This document shows, piece by piece, positions 9,507-18,703 of a stretch of DNA of 64,000 nucleotides. Source of the stretch: Planctomycetota bacterium (GTDB taxonomy: Bacteria; Planctomycetota; UBA8108; SXIK01); the NCBI GenBank assembly GCA_965223845.1, contig CBDCXR010000004.1:4811334-4875333 (forward strand), given 5' to 3'. Position 1 is the stretch's first letter. Every line of letters begins with the position of its first letter. The notes beneath the pieces are model-generated. The model made no database searches, was not told the origin of the DNA, and saw only the letters and a list, made by a program, of their open reading frames with translations. Made by a program: the position numbers and the translations under genes.

Positions 9507-10684
9507 CGCGCCGGCTCCGGGCGCGTCTCGACCTCCGCTCCGAACTGCCGCGTCGTGCCTTGCGCGACGATGAGGCGAAGGATCTCGCTCGTCCCCTCGC
9601 CGATCTCACAGAGCTTGGCGTCGCGAAGATAGCGCTCGACGTTGTAGTCACGCAGGTAGCCGTAGCCACCGTGAATCTGGATCGCGTCGAGACAGACGCG
9701 AGTCGCCATTTCGGACGCGAACAGCTTTGTCATCGCCGAGTCGTAAGGGAGCGACCTGCCGCGGTCGAGGAGCTGTGCGCCGCGGTACGCCATCAGGCGC
9801 GCCGCCTGAATCTGAGTCGCCATGTCGGCGATCTTTCCCTGAATGAGCTGACGGCGGATGATCGGCCGGCCGAAGGTCGAACGTTCTTCGGCGTAGCGAA
9901 CACTGTCCTCCAGCGCGCCGCGGGCGAGCCCGAGCGAGATGCCCGAAATCATGAAGCGCCCGCGCTCGAGGACTTTCTTCACGTCGCGGAACGCCTCGTT
10001 GACGTTTCCGAGTCGATCGCCATCCGGCACGCGGACTTCGTCGAACGTGAGCGTCACGGTGTCGGACGATCGCATGCCGAGCTTTTCCTCGGGCGATCCG
10101 TAGCTCAGCCCCGCCGCGCCGCGCTCGACGACGAACGCGCTAATTCCCCGCTTGCCCGCCTCGGGGTCGGTGACGGCATTGACGACAAGAAGCGGTGCAC
10201 GCGATCCGTTCGTGACGAATTGCTTCGCCCCCGTGATCACCCACTCGCCGCCGTCGCGGACGGCGCGGGTCTTCATCGCGGCGGCGTCCGTTCCCGAATC
10301 GGGCTCCGAAAGACACCAACTGCCGAGCCCTTCCCCCGAGGTCAGGCGCGGGAGAAACCTCTCCTTCTGCTCGCCGGTACCGACCGCGAGGATGTGCTCG
10401 AGACAAAGTCCGTTGTGTGCTTCGACCGACAGCGCGAGACCGCCGTCGTGGCGCGCGAGCTCTTCGAGAACCGCGAGGAACGCGAGGTACGTGCCGCCCG
10501 CTCCGCCGAACTCCTCCGGAACGAGGATGCCGAGGAGTCCCTGCTCGGCGAGCGCGGACACCATCGATTCGGGAAAGCCCTTTTGGCCGTCCCAATCGCG
10601 CGCGTGCGGAGCGATTTCCGCCGCGGCGAAGCGAGCCACCGCCGAACGAAGAGCGGTGATGTCGGAGGGAAGATCGAGATCCAT
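9503..10684 (-). CDS. Acyl-CoA dehydrogenase
   Basis: ACAD hallmarks: [86 protein letters not shown]. Likely start at MDLDLPSDI (ATG 10682-10684) preceded by AGGGGA. An alternative upstream start lies at 10726. Confidence 0.85.
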   Translation of the reverse strand: MDLDLPSDITALRSAVARFAAAEIAPHARDWDGQKGFPESMVSALAEQGLLGILVPEEFGGAGGTYLAFLAVLEELARHDGGLALSVEAHNGLCLEHILAVGTGEQKERFLPRLTSGEGLGSWCLSEPDSGTDAAAMKTRAVRDGGEWVITGAKQFVTNGSRAPLLVVNAVTDPEAGKRGISAFVVERGAAGLSYGSPEEKLGMRSSDTVTLTFDEVRVPDGDRLGNVNEAFRDVKKVLERGRFMISGISLGLARGALEDSVRYAEERSTFGRPIIRRQLIQGKIADMATQIQAARLMAYRGAQLLDRGRSLPYDSAMTKLFASEMATRVCLDAIQIHGGYGYLRDYNVERYLRDAKLCEIGEGTSEILRLIVAQGTTRQFGAEVETRPEPAR

Positions 10685-10906
10685 GAGTCCCCTGGCCCGC
10701 AGTTCCGTCGCGGCGTGCGCGCTCAACTACGCCCCCCCATTACCATAACCATAACATCGGGGAAGCGCGGGCGCCGGGCACGAGGGCCGGGCGAAACGCA
10801 TCCGAGAGAATCGGAACATCGCCCGCTCTGTTGGCGACCGAGGCAAGCAGGCTACAATGCTCCGCCAACGTCGTTTGATCCTGAAGCTCAAGAATCGAGG
10901 TCTTCG

Positions 10907-11977
10907 ATGCGATCTCTACTGTTCCTCTTCGCGCTCACGCTCGTCCCGGTGACGCCGTCGCTCGCTCAGAGAGATAAAAAAGCCGAGCGAGAGCTCATGA
11001 ACGATCTCTCGCATGTCGCGCTGGACCCCGCCTTCCACGTGCAAGGGGAGTACGTCGGACACGTCACCGTCGGCGAGAAGCAGAAGCTCGGGCTTCAGGT
11101 GATCGCGCGAGGGAATCGGACGTTCGAGGCTTGGGCGCATTGGGGCGGTCTACCGGGCGCGGGTTGGGATCGCTCGCGCGAGCTCAAGCTGGCCGGCAAG
11201 ACGAAGCGGGCGACCACCGTGCTCGAGCCGGCCGAGCCCACGAAACACGAAAAAGAACGGCGTCTCTCGCGAGCCAAGGTGACGCACGGCGAACGGGATG
11301 CTGCGATCGGCTCGATCAGGATCGAGTTCGGAGCTGCGGACGTCCTCGGCCCGGGCGGCGCGAAGATCGGCCGACTGAGTCGCGTTATTCGCAAGAGCCC
11401 GACGCTCGGAAAGAAGCCGCCGGCGGGCGCGATCGCATTTTTCGACGGAAGCTCGACGGACGGATTCAACGGCGGACGGCTCGCCCCGGACGGATTCCTC
11501 ATGCACGGCACGGAGACGAAAACCCCTCACCGCAGCGGAACGTTCCACATCGAGTTCCGCTTGCCGTTCATGCCGAACGACCGGGGTCAGGGCCGCGGGA
11601 ACAGCGGGGTGTACTTTCAGAAGCGATACGAAGTGCAGGTGCTCGACTCGTTTGGTCTCGCGGGCTTCCACAACGAATGCGGCGGGATTTATTCCAAAGC
11701 GGATCCAGCCGTGAATATGTGCCTCCCGCCCATGCAGTGGCAGACGTACGACGTCGAGTTCACCGAGGCGAAGTACGACGACAGCGGGAAGCGGGTCGAG
11801 CACGCCCTGCTGACCGTTTGGCACAACGGAGTTCTGATCCACAAGGATCAACCCGTCGACAAGAGAACGACGGCGGCCCGCGCGAAGAACGATGGCCCGG
11901 ATCCGGAGCCGCTCGACCTCCAGAACCACAGCTGTCCGGTGCGCTACCGGAACATCTGGTTCGTGCCGCGCGATTGA
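10907..11977 (+). CDS. Secreted DUF1080 (3-keto-disaccharide hydrolase-like, LamG/GH16-fold) domain protein
   Basis: Signal peptide MRSLLFLFALTLVPVTPSLAQ. DUF1080-type motifs: GRGNSGVYFQKRYEVQVLDSFG...HNECGGIY...WQTYDVEF...YRNIWFVP. The ORF-track ORF 9560..11977 is an 805-aa artefact that merges antisense sequence with this gene. Confidence 0.75.
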   Translation: MRSLLFLFALTLVPVTPSLAQRDKKAERELMNDLSHVALDPAFHVQGEYVGHVTVGEKQKLGLQVIARGNRTFEAWAHWGGLPGAGWDRSRELKLAGKTKRATTVLEPAEPTKHEKERRLSRAKVTHGERDAAIGSIRIEFGAADVLGPGGAKIGRLSRVIRKSPTLGKKPPAGAIAFFDGSSTDGFNGGRLAPDGFLMHGTETKTPHRSGTFHIEFRLPFMPNDRGQGRGNSGVYFQKRYEVQVLDSFGLAGFHNECGGIYSKADPAVNMCLPPMQWQTYDVEFTEAKYDDSGKRVEHALLTVWHNGVLIHKDQPVDKRTTAARAKNDGPDPEPLDLQNHSCPVRYRNIWFVPRD

Positions 11978-12204
11978 GCGGGCGGCGCCCCGGGTCGGTG
12001 CTCCCGGATGCCGAATGACCGAAAATTCATTTAGGTCGCCCGCCCGGAACGTCGAAGCAGGGGATGTTCCGAATCCATCGGGGCGGCACGATGGCGCGCA
12101 TCGAAGCAGCCTCCGTACGAAGAGAGCGATGCTTTGACTCTTCGTTCTGGCGGTCGTCGTGGAGACGGCCGTCGATCCTGACTCGGCGGTGAAGACGCAC
12201 TCGC

Positions 12205-13683
12205 ATGCTGTTCAATTCCTACGTCTTCATTTTCGCCTTCCTCCCGTGCTGCCTCCTCGGCTACGCCCTCCTCTCGCGGAGAGGTTCGCGGAGCGCGGGA
12301 ATCGTCTGGCTCACCGCTTGCTCGCTCTTCTACTACGGCTGGTGGGATCCGAAGTACCTCGGATTGATCCTCGGCTCGATCATCGCGAACTTCGCGCTCG
12401 GCGTGCACTTGGGGCGGGAGCGAGCGGCCTCGAGGCGGGCCGTGCTCGTCGTCGGGATCGTCGCCAACCTCGCCCTTCTCGGGTACTTCAAGTACACGGG
12501 GTTCTTTCTCGAAACGCTGAACCGCGCACTCGGAACCGAGTGGAGCACGCCCCCGATCGTTCTCCCTCTCGCGATCTCGTTCTTCACCTTTCAGCAGATC
12601 GCCTATCTCGTCGACGCGTACCAGCACAAGGCGCGCGAGTATCGATTCGCCGACTACAGCCTCTTCGTCACCTTCTTCCCGCAGCTCATCGCGGGCCCGA
12701 TCGTGCATCACAAAGAGATGCTGCCGCAGTTCACGGAGCGCGGTCCGTACCGTCTGAACGCCCGCGATCTCGGAGTTGGCGGCACGATCTTCTTCATCGG
12801 CCTATTCAAGAAGACGGTGATCGCCGACACCTGCGCCTCGTTCGCGTCGCCGATTTTCGACAGCGTGGCGGGGGGAGCGACGGCGAGCTTTTTCGACGGC
12901 TGGGTCGCGGCGCTCGCCTACACGCTCCAGCTCTATTTCGACTTCTCCGGTTACTCCGACATGGCGATCGGAGCCGCGCGCCTCTTCGGTATCCGACTTC
13001 CGCTCAACTTTTTCTCGCCGTACAAGGCGACGAACATCGTCGAGTTCTGGCGACGCTGGCACATGACGCTCTCGCGATTTCTACGCGACTATCTGTACAT
13101 CGCGCTCGGTGGAAATCGGCGCGGACCCGCGCGCCGCTACGTCAATCTGTTCGCGACGATGCTGCTCGGCGGGCTCTGGCACGGCGCCGGCTGGACATTC
13201 GTCATCTGGGGTGGACTCCACGGGTCCTACTTGTGCGTGAATCACGTCTGGCGAGTCCTGCGGCAGCGCCTGGCGCCGGATCGCGAAGTGAGCTGGATCG
13301 AGCGCAGGGTCTACCATGCGCTGACGTTCTTCGCGGTCGTCGTCGGCTGGGTTTTCTTTCGCGCCGCCGACTTCGACACCGCGGTGAGCGTGCTCTCGAG
13401 CATGATCGGCGCAAACGGGTTGACGTTTCCGAGCGAACTCAAGTTCTACGCGGCCGTCCCCGCGATCACCGCGGGCTTGATCGTCGCGTGGTGGCTGCCG
13501 AATACGGCGCAGCTACTGCGCAGTCAGAATCCCGTCCTCGAGACGTACTCTCTCGAAGGCGAACGGCCGACTCTCCTCGAGTGGAAACCGACGCTGCGGT
13601 GGGCCGTCGTGGCTGCCGCGCTGACGCTATCGGCAGTCCTTCTCATGTCTCGCGCCAGTGAATTCATCTACTATCAATTCTGA
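12205..13683 (+). CDS. MBOAT-family membrane-bound O-acyltransferase (AlgI/DltB-like)
   Basis: 492 aa with multiple TM helices. MBOAT hallmarks present: FWRRWHMTLSRFLRDYLYIALGGNR and a conserved His region (LWHGAGWTFVIWGGLHG). Confidence 0.85.
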   Translation: MLFNSYVFIFAFLPCCLLGYALLSRRGSRSAGIVWLTACSLFYYGWWDPKYLGLILGSIIANFALGVHLGRERAASRRAVLVVGIVANLALLGYFKYTGFFLETLNRALGTEWSTPPIVLPLAISFFTFQQIAYLVDAYQHKAREYRFADYSLFVTFFPQLIAGPIVHHKEMLPQFTERGPYRLNARDLGVGGTIFFIGLFKKTVIADTCASFASPIFDSVAGGATASFFDGWVAALAYTLQLYFDFSGYSDMAIGAARLFGIRLPLNFFSPYKATNIVEFWRRWHMTLSRFLRDYLYIALGGNRRGPARRYVNLFATMLLGGLWHGAGWTFVIWGGLHGSYLCVNHVWRVLRQRLAPDREVSWIERRVYHALTFFAVVVGWVFFRAADFDTAVSVLSSMIGANGLTFPSELKFYAAVPAITAGLIVAWWLPNTAQLLRSQNPVLETYSLEGERPTLLEWKPTLRWAVVAAALTLSAVLLMSRASEFIYYQF

Positions 13684-14875
13684 TCCGACCCCTTCGGTCT
13701 CCGACGACTCCGATCGCCCGTTCCACCGGTACCTGATCGTTTGGATCGGTCTGGCCGGAGCGATGCTCGTCGCGGCGGCCCTGGGGAACGTGCTCATCGA
13801 CCCGGACTACGTCTATCCAGACGTCAGCGTCGACCGACTCTCGCCCTACCGGCAGAATCTCAACTCGCGGATCGCGAAGTCCGCACTCGTCGCGCGAAAC
13901 GAAGCCGACGTGATCCTCGTCGGGAGCTCGCGGACCGAGGTCGCGTTCGATCCGTCGAATGAGGCGTGGAATCCCGAGCGTGCCGTGAACGCCGGCCTCG
14001 AGAGCACGAGCATCCTAGAGCTCGCGCGAGTCGTCGAGCTGGCCGTCCAGCAGCCGCGGACGAAGACCATCGTCCTCTTGATCGACTTCTTGATGTTCGA
14101 TGCACGCCGCGGGTACGGCCACGAGTTCGAGCGTTCACTGTTCTCTCCCGAGCGAACCGCGCTCGAGTTTCACCTCGAGAACCTGCTCGGTTGGCGAGCG
14201 ACGAAGGGGTCGGCGATCTCCGTCGCCCGCGCTGCGCTCGGTCGTCCGACGAAACGAAACCCGGATGGCCACCTTCGCGTCGTCGCCGAGAAGCCGCGGC
14301 ACCGACACATGTTTCGCGTCACTCTCGGTCAGTTTCACCGCGAGGTGTTCGCCGAGTACGAGCGAGGCGATGCACCGATCGCGACGTTTCGTAGCATCCT
14401 CGAGACCGCTCGAGGCGCATCCGTTCGGATCCTCGTGGGAATCCTTCCCGTGCACGCGCTTCATCTCGAGCTCATCCGAGCGTCCGGCCGGGCGGAGGAA
14501 TTCGCGGAGTGGAAGCGCGAACTCGTCCGCGTCGTGAGCGAAGTCAGTGCGACTGCGCCAGGCGACGAAATCCCGCTCTGGGACTTCACCGGCTACCACC
14601 GCTACGCGACCGAGTCGATCCCGCCCGACGAACCCGACGCTCCGGAGATGCGGTGGTTCTGGGAAAACTCCCATTGCCGGAGCGAATTGGGTGCGCTCGT
14701 CGTCGCCCGAATGCTGGACCGCGTGCACCCGGATCTCGATCCGCAGTTCGGCGTGCGTCTCACTCCGGAATCGATCGAGGACGCGCTCGCCCGGCTCGAA
14801 TCCGACGGACGCCGTTACCGCGAGTCCGAACCGGAGGCGATGGAGCTACTCCGAAGCGCCCTCGGGCAGCGTTGA
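13658..14875 (+). CDS. DltD/AlgJ-like partner protein of the MBOAT acyltransferase (membrane-anchored, periplasmic)
   Basis: Overlaps the MBOAT 3' end by 26 nt. N-terminal anchor (YLIVWIGLAGAMLVAAALGNVLIDP) followed by a roughly 360-aa extracytoplasmic domain. The MBOAT-plus-DltD/AlgX-like gene pair is a canonical arrangement. The start (GTG at 13658) is uncertain; an internal M at 13763 is an alternative. Confidence 0.55.
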   Translation: MNSSTINSDPTPSVSDDSDRPFHRYLIVWIGLAGAMLVAAALGNVLIDPDYVYPDVSVDRLSPYRQNLNSRIAKSALVARNEADVILVGSSRTEVAFDPSNEAWNPERAVNAGLESTSILELARVVELAVQQPRTKTIVLLIDFLMFDARRGYGHEFERSLFSPERTALEFHLENLLGWRATKGSAISVARAALGRPTKRNPDGHLRVVAEKPRHRHMFRVTLGQFHREVFAEYERGDAPIATFRSILETARGASVRILVGILPVHALHLELIRASGRAEEFAEWKRELVRVVSEVSATAPGDEIPLWDFTGYHRYATESIPPDEPDAPEMRWFWENSHCRSELGALVVARMLDRVHPDLDPQFGVRLTPESIEDALARLESDGRRYRESEPEAMELLRSALGQR

Positions 14876-15538
14876 CCCGGATTCCGGCTTCCGCAGCGTC
14901 TCCGCTGCGCGCTGCATCGCGATGCCGAACGCGACGGCGACGTTGAACGATTCCTTCACGCGGCCGAGCATCGGAATCTCGACGTGGACCGGACAACGCT
15001 CGAGGAGTGCGTCCGCGACTCCGACGACTTCGTTCCCGAACACGAGACAGGGACGCGCCGGCCACTCCGCGTCCGCTAGCGCGACGGAACGGCTCGATCG
15101 CTCGACCGCGACGGGGGTGAATCCTCGCGCGAGGGCGGTGTCCACGGCTCCCGCGGCGTCGGCGGAGTACGACCACGCGACGGCCTCGTCCGCACCGAGT
15201 GCGGTCTTCGTGATCTCGGGTCGCGGCGGACAACCAGTGATTCCGGCGAGAAACAGGTGCTCCACCCCGCAGAGATCCGCGGTGCGAAACATCGAGCCGA
15301 CGTTCCAGAGGCTCCGCACGTTGTCGAGAACGGCTGCGAGTGGCAGTCGCGGTCCGTCGCGCCCCACCCCACCGGCGATTCGCCGCGCCTTCTCCGCGAG
15401 GCGCTCGGCGACGTCGACCGGCTTCGCGGTCATGCGTCGCCCGCACTCGATGCAGTACACATTGCGGCCGAGTCGCCCGAGCGGGAGATGGAACTCCGCC
15501 TCACACTCCGGATTCGGACAGCGGACGCGGGCGCTCAT
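14846..15538 (-). CDS. SpoU/TrmH-family RNA 2'-O-methyltransferase with N-terminal zinc-ribbon
   Basis: N-terminal CPNPEC...CIEC Zn ribbon. SPOUT motifs present: LVFGNEVVGV, EIPMLGRVESFNVAVAFGIAM. Confidence 0.75.
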   Translation of the reverse strand: MSARVRCPNPECEAEFHLPLGRLGRNVYCIECGRRMTAKPVDVAERLAEKARRIAGGVGRDGPRLPLAAVLDNVRSLWNVGSMFRTADLCGVEHLFLAGITGCPPRPEITKTALGADEAVAWSYSADAAGAVDTALARGFTPVAVERSSRSVALADAEWPARPCLVFGNEVVGVADALLERCPVHVEIPMLGRVKESFNVAVAFGIAMQRAAETLRKPESGSTLPEGASE

Positions 15539-15568
15539 CGCTTGGCCTCGTTCACGGATCGCACGCCA

Positions 15569-16678
15569 TCACGGCTCGAGAGGGAGCGCCGACGCGCGGA
15601 GGACCGTCTCCTGGACGGCGAGGTCGTGAGCGGGCGGAAAGTCGGATGCCTTTTCACCGCGGATGATCTGCGCGAAATCCCGCGCGTCGTCCACGTACCG
15701 AACGTACTTCGAGAACGTTACGTCCTGATAGCCCGCACGAAACGATCGCCCGTCCTCGATGCTTCGAGATCGCGAGAGCGCGACACGCGCGCGCGGAGAA
15801 TCGAGCGGCTGGATGTGAAACGTCCCTTCGGTCCCGCAGACGACGAAATGTCGCCGCGAAAAGCCTTCGACTTCCTGCGCGCTCGACTTCACCGTCGCGG
15901 TCGCGCGCGGGTACTCGAGCACCGCGAGCATATTGTCGACGAGCGCGTCGTCGATAGGAGAGGAGCGGCGCGGATACGCGGTGACTCGACCCGGCTTTCC
16001 GAGGACCCCCACCGCGAGGTCGATGATATGGCAGCCGAGCTCGAAGAGTATGCCGCCGGGATACTCACTGAGCGCCTGGCGACTCGCGCGTCCGACGACC
16101 TTGCTCATCACGGCGTGAAGTTCGAAGATCTCGCCCAGCCATCCTCTCGCGAGAAACTCTCGCAAGAGTACGATCGCCGGGTTGTAACGGTACATATACC
16201 CCATCTGAACGACGCGCTCCTTCGCCTCGGCCGTCGCGAGAACGCGACGAAAGGCGGAGAGGCTCGATCCGGCAGGCTTGTCGAGATGGATCGAGAGACC
16301 CGCGTCGACCGCGACCTGCGCGTTCTCGAGAAGGTCGCGCACCTCGGTCTCGACGGCGACCGCCTGAAGCCCCGGGGTTTCGAGGAGCTGGTCTCGCGTC
16401 ATCCAGCGCAGGCCGCGGTAGACCTCGCTCTTCTCCGCGGCCGCGCGACGATCGGCATTCGGCTCGACCACGCCGACCACTTCGAACTCCGGCGACTCGC
16501 GGTAGGAGCGCATCTTCCCGTCCGCGTGGGCGTGCGCGACGCCGAGTTGACCGATCCTGATCGGATCCGGCTTCGCGCGGGCGGGCCGAGCGTCCGGGAA
16601 CGCCCGCGCGCCCCCGGCGAGACCGACGCTTCCGGCGACGCCGGCGAGAAGAAGCCGACGGCGGGTAAACCTTCGCAT
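15569..16678 (-). CDS. Gfo/Idh/MocA-family oxidoreductase, TAT-secreted
   Basis: Twin-arginine signal (MRRFTRRRLLLAGVAGSVGLAGGARA) followed by a Rossmann N-domain (IRIGQLGVAHAHADGKM...FEVVGVVEPN) and a C-terminal GFO_IDH_MocA_C domain. Upstream residues in ORF 15569..16837 are a likely over-extension. Confidence 0.75.
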   Translation of the reverse strand: MRRFTRRRLLLAGVAGSVGLAGGARAFPDARPARAKPDPIRIGQLGVAHAHADGKMRSYRESPEFEVVGVVEPNADRRAAAEKSEVYRGLRWMTRDQLLETPGLQAVAVETEVRDLLENAQVAVDAGLSIHLDKPAGSSLSAFRRVLATAEAKERVVQMGYMYRYNPAIVLLREFLARGWLGEIFELHAVMSKVVGRASRQALSEYPGGILFELGCHIIDLAVGVLGKPGRVTAYPRRSSPIDDALVDNMLAVLEYPRATATVKSSAQEVEGFSRRHFVVCGTEGTFHIQPLDSPRARVALSRSRSIEDGRSFRAGYQDVTFSKYVRYVDDARDFAQIIRGEKASDFPPAHDLAVQETVLRASALPLEP

Positions 16679-16891
16679 GGCGATCACTCGCTGAATGGGG
16701 ACTCGTCTCTGGGAACGAACGACTCTGTTCCGGCCGCCGAGCGCAGTGCTTCCGTCGCCTGACGGTGCGTTCGTTGTACGAAAGGGAGGCCCGATTGCAG
16801 AGGGCGTTCTTGCGGATCGACCGGAGCAGTGCGACAAAACGGTTGGACGGAAGGGCGCACGCAGTGGGCAGGATCGAGGGAGGATCCTGAG

Positions 16892-18280
16892 ATGAGACGT
16901 CGATCGCCAGGTAGAAGCGTGGCGTGTGCGTCGTTCTTCGTCGTGACCGTTTGTTCACTCGGCGGCGGCGACGCGGCGGGCAAAGGGAGATTTCCGGGAG
17001 TTGTCGCCGGACGCGTCGTCGACGCGAGCGGCCAGCCGATCGCGGGAGCCTACGTCGGAGCGGGAGAGTTCGGCGACTCCGGCGGCTCCAACTACGAGCG
17101 CCACCGCGCGAGCGGTCGCCACGCCTCGACGCGTTCGGGGGCGGACGGCGAGTTCGAGCTCCGCGGTCTCGCTATCCGGGGACGGGAGGAAGTCCCGCTC
17201 GTCCACCCCATCGTCGTTTCGCACCCGGACTTCGTCACGGCGCGAACGTCACTCGTCGCGGCGCGAGCGCCCGAGCGAGAGGAGATCCGGCTCACGCCAG
17301 CGGCGACGCTGCGCGTCCGTGCCGAAGGCGAGTTTCCGCCGGCGACGAACGTCGCTTGGCTCATCCGTCTCCGCGCGCTCGACGGTCACCGGTTCACGCC
17401 GCCGGGACGGGACCCGCACCTCTCGGCGTTTCGACGATCGACGTGGTCCCAGTGGCAGTCGACGCCGGTTGCCTCGTTCGGCAGTCTCCGGGCCGGCGAG
17501 TACGCGATCGACGTCCTGCGAGTCGCGCTCGGAGAAGCCGGCGAGCTCCCGGGGACGAGCGGAGGCGTTTGGATCGGATCGAGCGGCGTCCGCTTTCACG
17601 GCGCCACCACGGTGTCCGCCGCGGCGGGGGAGGCGAGCGAGGTCGCGATTCGGGCCGAGGACCACGGGACCGCACTCGACGTTCACCTACCGCGCATCGT
17701 GCGCGATGGTCGCGAGCTCGAGCTCCCGCAGATCATTCTTCTGAGTCGGCGCGCCGGGCTCGCGGTGTGGAGCGATGACCGGGTGCGATCGCCCGAGTCG
17801 GCGCGTCTCGGCCGACTCACCGCCGCCGCGCTCACTCACGGTCTCGCGGCGGCCAAGACGATCCGCTTCGAGAATCTTCCACCCGGGAAGTACGCGATCT
17901 TCGCCGGACCGATCGTGTCCCCGCGCGGCGTCGCCGTGGAGGTCGTCCGCCGCGCAACGAACAGCGTCGAGATTCCGTGGACGGATCCGATCGGCGAGTC
18001 GCGAGTGCGTCTCGGCGGCCTCGAACGCTCGCTCGAGCTCGGGGAAAACGCGGGGCGGGTGATCAGCGCGAGCGAGGTGATCGCGATCCTGAAGACGGTC
18101 CTCTCCCCGACGAAGATTTCGCTCGACGAGCGCCTCCGAAGCGCGACGATCGAGCTGCCGGAGGCGGATTCGCTCGCTGCCTGGGCGATGTTCGAGTTCC
18201 TGCACGCCCGCTACGGGTGGCGGCTCGAGGAGCGCGGAGACGGAGCGCTCGTTCTTCTTCCGAGCGCCGCCAGCGGCTGA
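16892..18280 (+). CDS. Secreted hypothetical protein with N-terminal carboxypeptidase-regulatory-like (CarboxypepD_reg) domain
   Basis: ATG at 16892 preceded by GGGAGG. Signal/anchor sequence (MRRRSPGRSVACASFFVVTVCSLGG), then GRVVDASGQPIAGAYV (a CarboxypepD_reg signature). No recognisable catalytic motifs. Confidence 0.55.
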   Translation: MRRRSPGRSVACASFFVVTVCSLGGGDAAGKGRFPGVVAGRVVDASGQPIAGAYVGAGEFGDSGGSNYERHRASGRHASTRSGADGEFELRGLAIRGREEVPLVHPIVVSHPDFVTARTSLVAARAPEREEIRLTPAATLRVRAEGEFPPATNVAWLIRLRALDGHRFTPPGRDPHLSAFRRSTWSQWQSTPVASFGSLRAGEYAIDVLRVALGEAGELPGTSGGVWIGSSGVRFHGATTVSAAAGEASEVAIRAEDHGTALDVHLPRIVRDGRELELPQIILLSRRAGLAVWSDDRVRSPESARLGRLTAAALTHGLAAAKTIRFENLPPGKYAIFAGPIVSPRGVAVEVVRRATNSVEIPWTDPIGESRVRLGGLERSLELGENAGRVISASEVIAILKTVLSPTKISLDERLRSATIELPEADSLAAWAMFEFLHARYGWRLEERGDGALVLLPSAASG

Positions 18281-18703
18281 TCGGCACCCAGGCGAGGGGG
18301 ACGCGGACGGGCGGTTCGGCCCGCGCCGGCGGAAGCGGGGTTTCCCATGAGAAATTCACGCGTGGCGACCGGGTACAATTGAGTAGGATCAAGCGTCCGG
18401 CGCCGCGGCACCCGCCAATTCCGGGTAAAATCCCGCAGCGAGCCCGTGAGGCCCTCTCGACCTGGATCCGTTCGAATCCCGAGTTTCCCCCGACGACCGC
18501 AGGAGCAAGGCCGCCGCGAGGCTCCGGGTCGCCGCAAGGACGTACCGTCGCCCTACTGGAGTCGCCGACTCGACTCCTCGGACCCGTTCCCTTCGGACCG
18601 GATCGGCGAGACCGTGCACCTGGCGGCGCACGAATCGCCCGGGGGTAGGACGGGGCTCGACGGTCCGTCTCGGTTCTTTCCCTCTCGACCCCGAACTAGC
18701 CGA

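Noticed and set aside
9560-11977. 805-aa + strand ORF in the ORF track
   Set aside because: Its first ~450 codons are antisense to the acyl-CoA dehydrogenase gene (Arg/Asp-rich, no domains). It merely runs in frame into the real DUF1080 gene, which starts at 10907 with a signal peptide. It is a high-GC open-frame artefact.
15257-16762. 501-aa + strand ORF
   Set aside because: Antisense to the SpoU and Gfo/Idh/MocA genes. Arg/Asp-rich, with no recognisable domains.
18446-18703. 86-codon N-terminal extension of the giant gene proposed by the ORF track
   Set aside because: The extension is Pro/Arg/Ser-rich with no hydrophobic core. A canonical signal peptide (MKPLSTTPYRTLLLTALLAC...) begins at the ATG at 18704. 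Similar over-extensions were trimmed at 26022, 27519, 24086..26242, 32934..36734, 15569..16837 and 52813.
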